Origin: an uncultured Candidatus Rokubacteria bacterium
Lineage (GTDB): Bacteria > Methylomirabilota > Methylomirabilia > Rokubacteriales > CSP1-6
Direction: 5' to 3'
Assembly (NCBI GenBank): GCA_963789955.1
Contig: CAWBMV010000001.1
Span: forward strand, 384,001-448,000
DNA length: 64,000 nt
Each line of letters starts with the position of its first letter. Positions within the stretch are counted from its first letter, which is position 1. Below are positions 29,799-38,882 of the stretch, one piece after another. The position numbers and the translations under genes were made by a program. The notes under the pieces are model-generated. The model had not been told where the DNA came from. It did not search any database and was given only the letters and a program-made list of their open reading frames with translations.

Positions 29799-32506
29799 AG
29801 ACCGCTTGCCAGGACGGCGCTACCGATCGAGCCGTTGACGTTGAGTATGGCGACGCCGAACACGAGCGGCGCGCTCGCTGCCTGGCCACTCGTGTAGAAG
29901 ACCGTCCCGTTCTTGGAATAGCTCACCACACCGGCCTGCACGCTGATCCGGAATACGTCCCCGGCCGCGACCGTGACGTCCGTGCGATAGGCCCCACTTT
30001 CGCGGACCTCGGCGAAGTTGCCCTGCAGCCGGATGCCGAAGGTGATTGAGGCGGGGTTCGTGAGGCTGAAGCTGGATGTGAGGCCGGCCAAGCGCAGCAG
30101 GCCGCTGGCGTCGGCGGTGAACTGTGCGTAGCCGTTGGCCCCGGTGATCTGCTGCTGGGAGACGGCGCCGGCGTCGCTGCACCCGTCGCAGCCGGTCGTC
30201 TTCGTGATCGAGTTGCCGCTGGCGGTCACGTTGACCGGATTGCTCCAGGCGACGTTCGCGGACGTCACGGAACCCGAGCCGGAGCTCGAGGGGCGGGAGG
30301 CCGACGAGTCGGACGTCCCTGAGGGTGCCGCTCCGCTGATCATCGAGTTGCTCACCACCGCGCTCTGGTTGGCGAGCGCGGCCGCCAGCACCAGGGGATA
30401 GGCCGGAGCCATCTGGCTCGTATAGAAGACCGTGCCGTTCTTGGAGTAGCGCACGACACTAGACTGAACGGCGACGCGGAAGACGTCTCCGGCCGCGAAC
30501 GAGGTGTCAGCCTTGTAGGTTCCGCCTTCACGGACCTCGGCCACGTTACCCTGGAACCGGACGCCCCAGGCGATGGTGGCGGGGTTCGAGATGGCGAAGG
30601 ACTGCGTGAGACCAGCGATGCGTAGTGGTCCGTTCGCGCCGGCGGTGAACTCCGTGTAGCCGTCCCCCGCGGTGATCTTCTGCTGCGAGATGGCGCCGGC
30701 GTCGAAGCAGCCGTCGCAGCCCGTCGTCTTGGTCACGGAGTTGCCGTACGCCGTGACATTCACGAGATTAATCCAGGTGACGGTCTGCGCCGCCGCGGTG
30801 CTTTGCGCCAGAGCCGGAGCCGGCGATGACGTGGAGACGGAGGGCGGGGCCGACGGCGTGTTCGATGCCGTAGCCGGCGCAGGTGCGGGGCTCGACCCCG
30901 CAGCCATGGCCGCGGCCATCGCGGTGAAATCGGCTCCGACGTCCTTACCGTCGGTTCCCGCGCGCACGTACGGGGTGCCCGGCGCGAGCACGTAGTTGCG
31001 GTTGGCGAGATCGACGAAGCCGACCGCGGCGAGCGCCGACGGGTAATAGTTGTCGGCCGGGAAATTCGAGGCGAGGCCGCCGACCACCGCGTTTCTCGCG
31101 AACGAGGAACCCGGGAAGTACGCGTTGATCGCCAGCATGCCGAGGCCGATGCCGTAGTCGCCGAAGACTCCGTACTGGTTGTAGGACACGATGTTGTTCG
31201 TGAACACGAAGCTCGCGGCCGGCACCAGCGCGGATGAGTAGCTCGCGGTGATCATGTTGCTGCTCTGGAGCACGGTGTTGTGGTCCACGATGACGTCGCT
31301 GCCGCCGTCCACGATCTGAAAGAAGGTGCCCGTCCCGTTCCAGGTGGTGCCGCTGATGTCGTCGAAGAGGTTGTTCTGGATGAGGATGCGCTGAGTCGGC
31401 TGGCTCGGGTGGAGGTAATCGGCCCCCATCATGTTCACGCCGCCGCCGCTGTGGCGCAGGATGTTGTTCGTGAACGTCACGTCGCGCACGGCCGACCATG
31501 GCGCGGTGCCGTCCTGGTTGCGCACCGTGAAGAGGACGCCGTAGCCGTTTTGCGCGTCCGTCCAGTTGTTCTCGAGCAGGTTGCCGTCGATCAAGATGCG
31601 CTGGGCGTTCTTCAGCTCGAGCAGGTTCTTGACCGACCAGCGGATGCCGGCGTAGCTCGGGCTGCCGGCCTGCCACGAGCTGGGCTTGAACAGGTAGTTC
31701 TTACGGATCTCGATGTCGGAGGGAACCAGGTTCGGGATGGCTGGATCGGCGCCGCCGAACATGACGTTCTCGCCCGCGCCCTCCAGGTAGCTGTTGACGA
31801 TCTTGAACGGGCCCGGACCGTTCCAGGCAGCGAGCGCCTGGCTGTCGGCGCCGACCTCGTGCAGATCGGACAGGTACGAGTCCACCACGGCCGTCCGGGC
31901 GCTGTTCATCAGGATCGCCCGCCGGACGTTGCCGGTGGGGGTGCCGTGTATGTAGCAGCGATCGAAGACCAGATCGGTCGGCGCCTGGGCGAGCGAGGTG
32001 TTGCCGCCGGGCGCCTCCAGCAAGACCAGGTTGTAGTTGGTGGCGCTCGTGGACGCCAACGTCGTCGTGATCTCGACTCCGACGAACCGGAAGCTGTGGG
32101 CGCCAGCCTCGGTGCCGATCGCCGGCGAGGTGTTGGGGCTCACGATCTTCGGCATGAGGCTCGCCTGCGCCGGGTCCACGCGGGTGCCGGCCGCCGGCAG
32201 GCTCGAGAGCGCGGAGCTCTGAACGTAGATCCAGGCGGTGCCGCTCTTCACCGGCAGGGTGAAGTTGCCGGTGTAGATGGCGCCGGCCTGGAGGATGATC
32301 GTGTCGCCGGGCTGGGCCGAGTTGAGGGCTCCCTGCAGATCGCCGCCGGCGGCAACGCTGGTCTGTCGTCCCGCCGGCGCGGCGTACGTCGTGTCGAGGA
32401 ACACGCGCGGGCGTTCCGGCGATTGAGCCGGAAAAGTTGGCGCCGCGCCGAAGAAGGCGAGCGCGACAACCGGAACGAGAACAAACTTCCACGATGATCG
32501 GAGCAT
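29795..32506 (-). CDS. Secreted beta-helix protein with a Pro/Ser/Ala linker and two tandem C-terminal beta-sandwich repeats
   Basis: Signal peptide; beta-helix paralogous to 22255-23855; two ~150-aa repeats each with TKTTGCDGC.DAGA.SQQ and YSKNGTVFYTS. Confidence 0.85.
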   Translation of the reverse strand: MLRSSWKFVLVPVVALAFFGAAPTFPAQSPERPRVFLDTTYAAPAGRQTSVAAGGDLQGALNSAQPGDTIILQAGAIYTGNFTLPVKSGTAWIYVQSSALSSLPAAGTRVDPAQASLMPKIVSPNTSPAIGTEAGAHSFRFVGVEITTTLASTSATNYNLVLLEAPGGNTSLAQAPTDLVFDRCYIHGTPTGNVRRAILMNSARTAVVDSYLSDLHEVGADSQALAAWNGPGPFKIVNSYLEGAGENVMFGGADPAIPNLVPSDIEIRKNYLFKPSSWQAGSPSYAGIRWSVKNLLELKNAQRILIDGNLLENNWTDAQNGYGVLFTVRNQDGTAPWSAVRDVTFTNNILRHSGGGVNMMGADYLHPSQPTQRILIQNNLFDDISGTTWNGTGTFFQIVDGGSDVIVDHNTVLQSSNMITASYSSALVPAASFVFTNNIVSYNQYGVFGDYGIGLGMLAINAYFPGSSFARNAVVGGLASNFPADNYYPSALAAVGFVDLANRNYVLAPGTPYVRAGTDGKDVGADFTAMAAAMAAGSSPAPAPATASNTPSAPPSVSTSSPAPALAQSTAAAQTVTWINLVNVTAYGNSVTKTTGCDGCFDAGAISQQKITAGDGYTEFTAGANGPLRIAGLTQSFAISNPATIAWGVRFQGNVAEVREGGTYKADTSFAAGDVFRVAVQSSVVRYSKNGTVFYTSQMAPAYPLVLAAALANQSAVVSNSMISGAAPSGTSDSSASRPSSSGSGSVTSANVAWSNPVNVTASGNSITKTTGCDGCSDAGAVSQQQITGANGYAQFTADASGLLRLAGLTSSFSLTNPASITFGIRLQGNFAEVRESGAYRTDVTVAAGDVFRISVQAGVVSYSKNGTVFYTSGQAASAPLVFGVAILNVNGSIGSAVLASGL

Positions 32507-32614
32507 GGCGGTCTTCCTTTCGTCTGTGCGAAGACCACCAAGTCCACGAGCCGCCTACTTCATGTAAGAGCTCGGCCCGCGCAGACCAGCCGCTTCGCTG
32601 CGGTCGGGCCGGGT

Positions 32615-32629
32615 GCACGGTGAGTGCCA
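32615..32629 (-). promoter_or_regulatory. Sigma54-like -24/-12 promoter
   Basis: Minus strand TGGCAC-TCACC-GTGC about 110 nt upstream of 32506. Confidence 0.55.
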
Positions 32630-32823
32630 CGCAGCGATTCGGCAGAGAAATTCGAGACGTCGACGCGACAGAAAATCTGGAAATCGTGTGAGCACTTGGC
32701 GATGACTCGACGCGCCGCGCGACGTCGAATAAGTACGCGCGGCCGCGGAGTCTTGTGACAACGAGTCGCGCGACGGACGGTGCCGTTGCGCATTCTGGCA
32801 CTGCGCATTCGCGCGACGCGCGC

Positions 32824-33174
32824 CTACTCGAGCGTGACGAAGATGCAGTTCCGCAGCTTGCCGTCGATCGCCTTCGACAGATGTCCCTTGCCGTGTGTGT
32901 CCTCGACCAGGATGACTTCGCCGGGGCCGATGCGCCGCGCCTCGCCGTCGCTGGCGGTGATCTGAACGCCCGCGTCAAGGTTGATGATGTACTGCCGGCG
33001 CGGTGCAGGATGCCAGTCGAGATCGTAGTCGGGCTGCACTTCACGGAAGATGATCCCGGTGGCCGGAAGCCGCTTCGAGAGCCGGCCGGCGCGGGTCGAC
33101 TCCGCGTACTCGACCTCGACGTCCCGGAAGTGCGATTCGCCGTTCTTGTCCACGTACAGGTTGTGGATCTTCAT
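32824..33174 (-). CDS. Small cupin-fold protein
   Basis: GESHF, WHPAPRRQY, EDTHGKGH; AGAGGAG RBS before the ATG at 33174. Confidence 0.8.
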   Translation of the reverse strand: MKIHNLYVDKNGESHFRDVEVEYAESTRAGRLSKRLPATGIIFREVQPDYDLDWHPAPRRQYIINLDAGVQITASDGEARRIGPGEVILVEDTHGKGHLSKAIDGKLRNCIFVTLE

Positions 33175-33325
33175 GTGGGCTCCTCCTCTATTACGGATTA
33201 CGGGCGCGCCTCGGCCGGCGGGGCCCCAGCCCCGCGACGGCCTGCAGCGCGCACAAGGGTGGAGCCGATAATAGTGATGCGCCGGGCGGGTGGCAAGCGC
33301 GCCGAGAGCGTTTATACTCCCGAAA

Positions 33326-34234
33326 ATGGTCACGAAACCGGCGGTCGGTCTCATCGCGGTGGCCGGGCGCCGACGCGCGACGCTCGAGATGGCTCAGCGG
33401 CTCGAGCGCGAGGGCTTCACCGGCCTCTACTGTCCGAGCCCGGGCGACGGCCTGGCGCTCTGCGAAGCGCTGGCACTCTCGACGCGCGAGATCACGTTCG
33501 GCACCAGCATCGCCAACATCTATACGCGCCACGCCTTCGACTACGCGCAGACCGCCGCGGTGATCCACGAGCTGTCCGGCGGGAGATTCAAATTCGGGGT
33601 CGGCGTGAGTCATGGCCCTATCCACGAGCGCCTCGGGATCCAGCCGGGCCGGCCCCTCGACGACATCCGCAAGTTCGTGGGCGACGTGGTCGCGGCGGCG
33701 CCTCAGGTCGGGGCGTTGCCGCCGATCGTCCTCGCCACGCTCCGTCGCCGGATGGTGGAGCTGTCCGCCGAGATCGCGCGGGGCGCCGTGTGGGCTAACG
33801 GCGCGCGGTCGCACATGGCGGCGTCGCTCAGCCACCTGCCGGCGACGGTGCGGACCGACCCGGATTTCTTCATCGGCAACATGGTGCCGACCTGCATCGA
33901 CGACGACCGCGCCGCCGCGGCGGCGGTGATACGCCGCACGCTCGCCTCGTACGTGCGCCTGCCGAACTACCAGAACTACTGGATCGAGGCCGGCTACGAG
34001 GAGGAGATGCGCGCGATCCGCGCGGCGCTCGCGCGTGGCGAGACCCAGCGGGTGCCCGAGCTCATGTCCGATCGCTGGCTGCGCGACGTCACGCTCTTCG
34101 GCAGCGCGGCGGATGTTCGCGAGGGGGTCGAGGCATGGCTGGCGACCGGCGTGCGGACCTTGATCGTGGTCGCCTCCTCGACCCGCGGCGGGCAGATGGT
34201 CGCGCTCGACGAGATGATTCGCGCATTTCAGTGA
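33326..34234 (+). CDS. LLM-class (luciferase-like) flavin/F420-dependent oxidoreductase
   Basis: FGTSIANIYTR, ELSGGRFKFGVGVSH, PIVLATL. Confidence 0.85.
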   Translation: MVTKPAVGLIAVAGRRRATLEMAQRLEREGFTGLYCPSPGDGLALCEALALSTREITFGTSIANIYTRHAFDYAQTAAVIHELSGGRFKFGVGVSHGPIHERLGIQPGRPLDDIRKFVGDVVAAAPQVGALPPIVLATLRRRMVELSAEIARGAVWANGARSHMAASLSHLPATVRTDPDFFIGNMVPTCIDDDRAAAAAVIRRTLASYVRLPNYQNYWIEAGYEEEMRAIRAALARGETQRVPELMSDRWLRDVTLFGSAADVREGVEAWLATGVRTLIVVASSTRGGQMVALDEMIRAFQ

Positions 34235-34268
34235 CGTGTGACCGATTAGACGAGTACGGGAGAGGCTG

Positions 34269-35051
34269 ATGGGACAGCTCGCGGGGAAGGTCGCGCTCAT
34301 CACGGGCGCCAGCAAGGGTGTGGGGCGGGTGATGAGCCGGATGTTCGCCGGCGAAGGCGCCGCCGTGATCTGCGCGGCGCGCTCGCGCGATCTGGTCGAG
34401 GAGACGACGGCGCTGGTCAAGGCCGACGGAGGCCGGGCGATCGCAGTCGTGGGCGACGCCGCCGTCGAGGCGGACGTGCTGCGCATCGTCCAGGCCGGGG
34501 TGAAGGCCTTCGGCAAGCTCGACACACTCGTGAACAACGCGGGTGACGGCGGGCCCACCAAGCCGGTTCAGGACTATACCGCCGAGGACTGGTTCTACAC
34601 GATCAACTCGTGCCTCACGAGCTCGTACATGTGCACGCGCTTCGCCGTGCCCGAGATGTTGAAGGCGGGCGGGGGCGCGATCGTGAACATCTCGTCGATC
34701 GCCGGCCGCCGCGGGCTTGCCTATCGCATCGGCTACTGCTCGGCCAAGGCGGGACAGGTCGGGATGACGTACGGACTGGCGCTCGAGCTGGCGCCGCACA
34801 ACATCCGGGTCAACGCGATCGCGCCCGGCGCCGTCGCCGGCGATCGGATCGATCGCGTGATCGCCGGTCAGGCCCAGGTGAAAGGCGTGCCCGTCGAGGA
34901 AGAGCGGCAGCGGTTCGTCGAGCGGTCGCCGCTCCGACGGATGTCGACCGCGGAGGACATCGCGTCCTTGGCGGTGTATCTCTGCAGCGACGCCGCGAAG
35001 AATCTTTCCGGTCAGTGCATCGCGGTGACCGCCGGGGAGCCCGCAGTCTAG
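34269..35051 (+). CDS. Short-chain dehydrogenase/reductase
   Basis: TGASKGVG, NNAG, YCSAK, NIRVNAIAPG. Confidence 0.92.
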   Translation: MGQLAGKVALITGASKGVGRVMSRMFAGEGAAVICAARSRDLVEETTALVKADGGRAIAVVGDAAVEADVLRIVQAGVKAFGKLDTLVNNAGDGGPTKPVQDYTAEDWFYTINSCLTSSYMCTRFAVPEMLKAGGGAIVNISSIAGRRGLAYRIGYCSAKAGQVGMTYGLALELAPHNIRVNAIAPGAVAGDRIDRVIAGQAQVKGVPVEEERQRFVERSPLRRMSTAEDIASLAVYLCSDAAKNLSGQCIAVTAGEPAV

Positions 35052-35144
35052 CGAGGCGAGGCCACTCCGGTCGGGCAAGACAGAGATGGGAAATTCGGGT
35101 ATCTTCTGACGCACCGGCTGGTCTATCGCAGGGGAGGCGCAGGC

Positions 35145-36779
35145 ATGGCACCACTGACCGGGTCCGATATTCTCGCCAGATCGCTCGTCTCGCAGGGCAT
35201 GGACACGCTCTTCTACATCATGGGCGGTCCCATGATCGAGACCGAGGCCGCTATCATCAAGCTCGGGGCGCGCGCGGTCGACACCCGCCACGAGCAAGCC
35301 GCGAGCTTGATGGCGCACGCCTACAGCCGCATCACGCGAAAGCCCGGCGTGTGCATGGGCGCCTCGGGACCGGGCGCGACCAACCTCGTCACCGGCGTCG
35401 CCAACGCGTTCGTCGATGCCGCGCCGATGATCGCGGTGGGCGGATCGAGCCCGCGCGTCTTTCTCGAGATGGAGGCGTTCCAGGAGATCGACCAGCTCGC
35501 GGTCTTCAAGCCGATCACGAAATGGGCGACGCGGATCTACGATGCCAAGCGCATTCCCGAGCTGGTCGCCACGGCCTATCGCCAGGCGACGACCGGCAAG
35601 CCGGGCCCGGTGTACATCGACATGCCCGGTGACGTCCTCGGTGAGACGGTCGACGAATCGACGATCACGTATCCGAAGCCCTGGGCGCCGGCGCCACGCT
35701 CCCACGGCGATCCGAGCGCGATCACCGAGGCGATCGCACTGCTCGCGAAGGCGGAGCGTCCGCTGATCCTGGGCGGCAGCGGCGTGTGGTGGTCGGACGC
35801 CGCCGCGGCGTTCCAGGCCTTCGTGGAGGCCACGGGCATTCCGTTCTACACGACGCCGATCTCGCGCGGCACGGTGCCGGAGGATCACGAGCTCGCGTTC
35901 TTGAACGCGCGCGCGAAAGCGTTCAGCGAGGTGGACGTGCTCCTGGCCGTCGGCACCCGCTTCAACTTCGTGATCCAGTTCGGCCGTCCGCCGCGGTTTG
36001 CCGCCGACGCGAAGGTCATCCACGTCGACGTGAACCCGACCGAGCTCAATCACAATCGCCCGGCCGACGTGCCGATCGCCGGCGACGCGCGCGCCGTGCT
36101 CGAGCAGCTCACCCGGGAGGCGCGCGGCAAGATCGACAAGAACCGCTATGCGCGCTGGGTGTCGAAGCTCAAGGTCCTCGATACCGAGAAGGCGTCGGAG
36201 ATGGACAAGCAGATGAGCTCGGAGGACACCCCGATCCATCCGCTGCGTCTCTGCAAAGAGGTGCGCGACTTCGTGAAGCGCGACGCGATTCTGGTGGTCG
36301 ACGGCCAGGAGATATTGAACTACGGGCGCCAGTCGATCCCGACCTACGTGCCCGGCCATCGGCTGAACTCCGGCGCATTCGGGTGCATGGGCGTCGGGCT
36401 GCCGTTCGGCGTCGGCGCAAAGGTCGCGAAGCCCAACACCCAGGTGGTCGTGCTCCACGGCGACGGCTCGTTCGGCATCAACGCGATGGAGATCGACACG
36501 GCCGTCCGCCACAAGATTCCGGTCCTGTGCGTGATCAGCAACAACGGGGGCTGGACCGCGGACCCGAAGCAGGACAAGCCGGGTCGTAACCTCGGCTACT
36601 CGCGCTACGACAAGATGGCGCAGGACTTCGGCGCGCACGGTGAGTACGTCGAGAAGCCGCACGAGATCCGGCCCGCGCTCGAGCGGGCGGCGGCTTCCGG
36701 GAAGCCCGCCGTCGTCAATGTCATCACCGACTACAAGGCTCGGGCGTCGACGATTCGCTTCTCGGCGTACTCGACCTAA
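35145..36779 (+). CDS. ThDP-dependent enzyme, 2-hydroxyacyl-CoA lyase/oxalyl-CoA decarboxylase-like
   Basis: RHEQAA, SGPGATN, FQEIDQ, GDGSFG...NN ThDP motif; adjacent to a CoA transferase. Confidence 0.82.
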   Translation: MAPLTGSDILARSLVSQGMDTLFYIMGGPMIETEAAIIKLGARAVDTRHEQAASLMAHAYSRITRKPGVCMGASGPGATNLVTGVANAFVDAAPMIAVGGSSPRVFLEMEAFQEIDQLAVFKPITKWATRIYDAKRIPELVATAYRQATTGKPGPVYIDMPGDVLGETVDESTITYPKPWAPAPRSHGDPSAITEAIALLAKAERPLILGGSGVWWSDAAAAFQAFVEATGIPFYTTPISRGTVPEDHELAFLNARAKAFSEVDVLLAVGTRFNFVIQFGRPPRFAADAKVIHVDVNPTELNHNRPADVPIAGDARAVLEQLTREARGKIDKNRYARWVSKLKVLDTEKASEMDKQMSSEDTPIHPLRLCKEVRDFVKRDAILVVDGQEILNYGRQSIPTYVPGHRLNSGAFGCMGVGLPFGVGAKVAKPNTQVVVLHGDGSFGINAMEIDTAVRHKIPVLCVISNNGGWTADPKQDKPGRNLGYSRYDKMAQDFGAHGEYVEKPHEIRPALERAAASGKPAVVNVITDYKARASTIRFSAYST

Positions 36780-36785
36780 TAGAAT

Positions 36786-36930
36786 GGGGGGCCTCGACGG
36801 GCCCCCCAAGCCCCCCGCGCTCGGAGGCGGCCCGGCGTAGCCGGACCGCCCCTCGATGGGGCGTGGCGTGATGGGGCCTCGACGGGCCCCCTCGACGGGG
36901 CTAGTCGTGATCGGGGCCTGGAGGGGCCCT
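36786..36930. repeat. Cluster of REP-like palindromes
   Basis: GGGGGGCC-TCGACG-GGCCCCCC (36786-36807), GGGGCC-TCGACG-GGCCCC (36873-36890), GGGGCC-TGGAGG-GGCCCT (36913-36930), plus a GGCGG.CCGGC/GCCGG.CCGCC hairpin (about 36824-36854). Confidence 0.7.
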
Positions 36931-36966
36931 TCGGTTCGTACGGTAGGCTAACTGGGAGGATCGCTC

Positions 36967-38163
36967 ATGGCGAAGGCGCTTGAGGGGATCGTGGTGCTGG
37001 ACCTTACCCAGTACGAGGCAGGGCCGAGCTGCGCACAGATGCTCGGCTGGCTGGGCGCCGACGTCATCAAGATCGAGCCGCCGGGGGGTGAGCCGGGGCG
37101 ACGCATGGTGTCCGAGAACACCGAGCTCGACGCCTGGTTCTTCCTGATGCTCAATGGCAACAAGAAGGGCCTCACGCTCGATCTCAAGGCTCCCGAGGGA
37201 CGCGCCATCCTCAAGAAAATGGTCGAGCGCGCCGACGTCCTCATCGAGAATTTCGGTCCCGGGTCGTTCGAGCGCCTGGGCTTCGGCTGGGAAGACCTGC
37301 GGCGCATGAACCCCAGAATCATCTCGGCATCGGTCAAGGGTTTCAGCCCGACCGGCCCGTACGCGAACTACAAAAGCTTCGAGATGATCGCGCAGGCCAT
37401 GGGCGGCGCGATGAGCGTCACGGGCACGGCCGACGGGCCGCCCACGAAGGTTGAAGCCGGACTCGGCGACACGGGCGCCGGGCTCCATCTGGCCATCGGA
37501 ATTCTCGCCGCGATCGTTCAGCGCCAGACCACCGGCGTGGGCCAGCGCATCGAGGTCGCGCAGCAGGATGCGGTCCTGAACCTGGTTCGCATTCACCTGC
37601 GCGAGCACTACTCGCTCGGGAAGCCGGTCCCGCGGCGCGGCAATCGCTCGCCCGGCGGCGCGCCGTCGAATCTGTATCGCTGCCGGCCGTTCGGGCCGAA
37701 CGACTACGTCTTCATTCACTGCGCGACACTCGAGATGTGGAAGTCCTTCTCGAAGATTCTCGGACGCCCGGAGCTCGGGGACGATCCGACGCTCGCGGAC
37801 CGGATGGGTCGCGTCGCGCGCAACGATGAGCTCGACGCGCTCGTCGAGGCGTGGACCGAGAAGCGGACCAAGCACGAGGTGATGGAGACTCTGGGTGCCG
37901 CGCAGATCCCTTGTGGCGCTGTGCTCGACTCGAGCGAGGTGATGACGGATCCCTCGCTGGTGAAGAGCGGCATGGTGGTCGACCTCGAGCATCCGATGCG
38001 TGGCCGCTATCCGATGCCCGGCAACCCCGTGCGCATGTCGGATTCGCCGACGGAGGTCACGCGCGCGCCGTTGCTCGGCGAGCACAACGCCGAAGTGCTT
38101 GGCCGCTGGCTCGGCATGAGTGTCGAGGAGCTGACGGCGCTGCAGAAGAAGAAGGTGATCTAG
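36967..38163 (+). CDS. frc: Class III CoA-transferase, formyl-CoA transferase-like
   Basis: GPSCAQMLGWLGADVIKIE, FLMLNGNK, SVKGF, LGDTGAG (catalytic Asp), QDAVLNL.R follow Frc closely. Confidence 0.78.
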   Translation: MAKALEGIVVLDLTQYEAGPSCAQMLGWLGADVIKIEPPGGEPGRRMVSENTELDAWFFLMLNGNKKGLTLDLKAPEGRAILKKMVERADVLIENFGPGSFERLGFGWEDLRRMNPRIISASVKGFSPTGPYANYKSFEMIAQAMGGAMSVTGTADGPPTKVEAGLGDTGAGLHLAIGILAAIVQRQTTGVGQRIEVAQQDAVLNLVRIHLREHYSLGKPVPRRGNRSPGGAPSNLYRCRPFGPNDYVFIHCATLEMWKSFSKILGRPELGDDPTLADRMGRVARNDELDALVEAWTEKRTKHEVMETLGAAQIPCGAVLDSSEVMTDPSLVKSGMVVDLEHPMRGRYPMPGNPVRMSDSPTEVTRAPLLGEHNAEVLGRWLGMSVEELTALQKKKVI

Positions 38164-38323
38164 CGCGCGGCGATTCGCGCTAACACCGCGATTCGGCGCA
38201 TTTTATCCGGAAAGCAGCCCGGGCCGGATTGGCAGTGCAGGCTGTCACAGAGCCCGCCGCCAGGCGCAGAATGCGCCTTGTGTAAAGCGCTGAGAACAAT
38301 CATCATTGGGCATTCGAGCCCCG

Positions 38324-38338
38324 TGGCATTTTGATTGC
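38324..38338 (+). promoter_or_regulatory. Sigma54 -24/-12 promoter
   Basis: TGGCAT-TTTGA-TTGC, near-consensus, 23 nt before the ATG at 38361. Confidence 0.72.
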
Positions 38339-38360
38339 TCCCTATTGGAGATCGTTGCCC

Positions 38361-38810
38361 ATGTCTGGCATAGCGAAGCGCCCCGACAAACCGTTCGAGA
38401 GACCCACGAAACGTGTCCTCATCATCGACGATGAGGAAACGATCCGGCAGGTACTGACCGAGTTCTTCAACAGCTTCAGTCACGGCATGACGTACAAGAT
38501 CGACACGGCCTCGAACGGCGCGGAAGGCGTCATGATGATGCTGCGGGGTCGTCCCGATCTCGTGCTCATCGACCTGCACATGCCGGTGATGGACGGGCTC
38601 CAGGCACTCAAGCAGCTTCGCGGGCTCGACTCGAACATGCCCATCATGGTGATCACCGCGAGCCGCGACACGAAGGCCGCCGCCGAAGCGCTGAACCAGG
38701 GAGTCTTCGCGTTCATCCCCAAGCCCTTCGACTTCGGCCAGCTCGAGCATCTGGTGGCGCTGGCGCTCAACGCCGGCCGCCCACGACCGCCGTCGCTGAG
38801 CCACGCCTGA
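38361..38810 (+). CDS. Single-domain response regulator (CheY-like)
   Basis: VLIIDDE, LIDLHMPVMDG, VITA, FIPKPF. Confidence 0.9.
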   Translation: MSGIAKRPDKPFERPTKRVLIIDDEETIRQVLTEFFNSFSHGMTYKIDTASNGAEGVMMMLRGRPDLVLIDLHMPVMDGLQALKQLRGLDSNMPIMVITASRDTKAAAEALNQGVFAFIPKPFDFGQLEHLVALALNAGRPRPPSLSHA

Positions 38811-38828
38811 TCGGCCCCTCAGACAACG

Positions 38829-38860
38829 AATGGCCGGGGAAGAGCCCCGGCCATTGTTTT
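38829..38860. terminator. Intrinsic terminator hairpin between convergent genes
   Basis: AATGGCCGGGG-AAGAG-CCCCGGCCATT perfect 11-bp stem followed by GTTTT. Confidence 0.78.
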
Positions 38861-38882
38861 GCCTGCGGATCGCGACCGCGCG

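Noticed and set aside
32571..32613. Leader hairpin as riboswitch upstream of the large beta-helix gene
   Set aside because: It overlaps the predicted transcription start and matches no riboswitch consensus I recognise
36786..36930. CRISPR-like array
   Set aside because: Repeats are short palindromes with irregular spacing, only about three copies, and no cas genes
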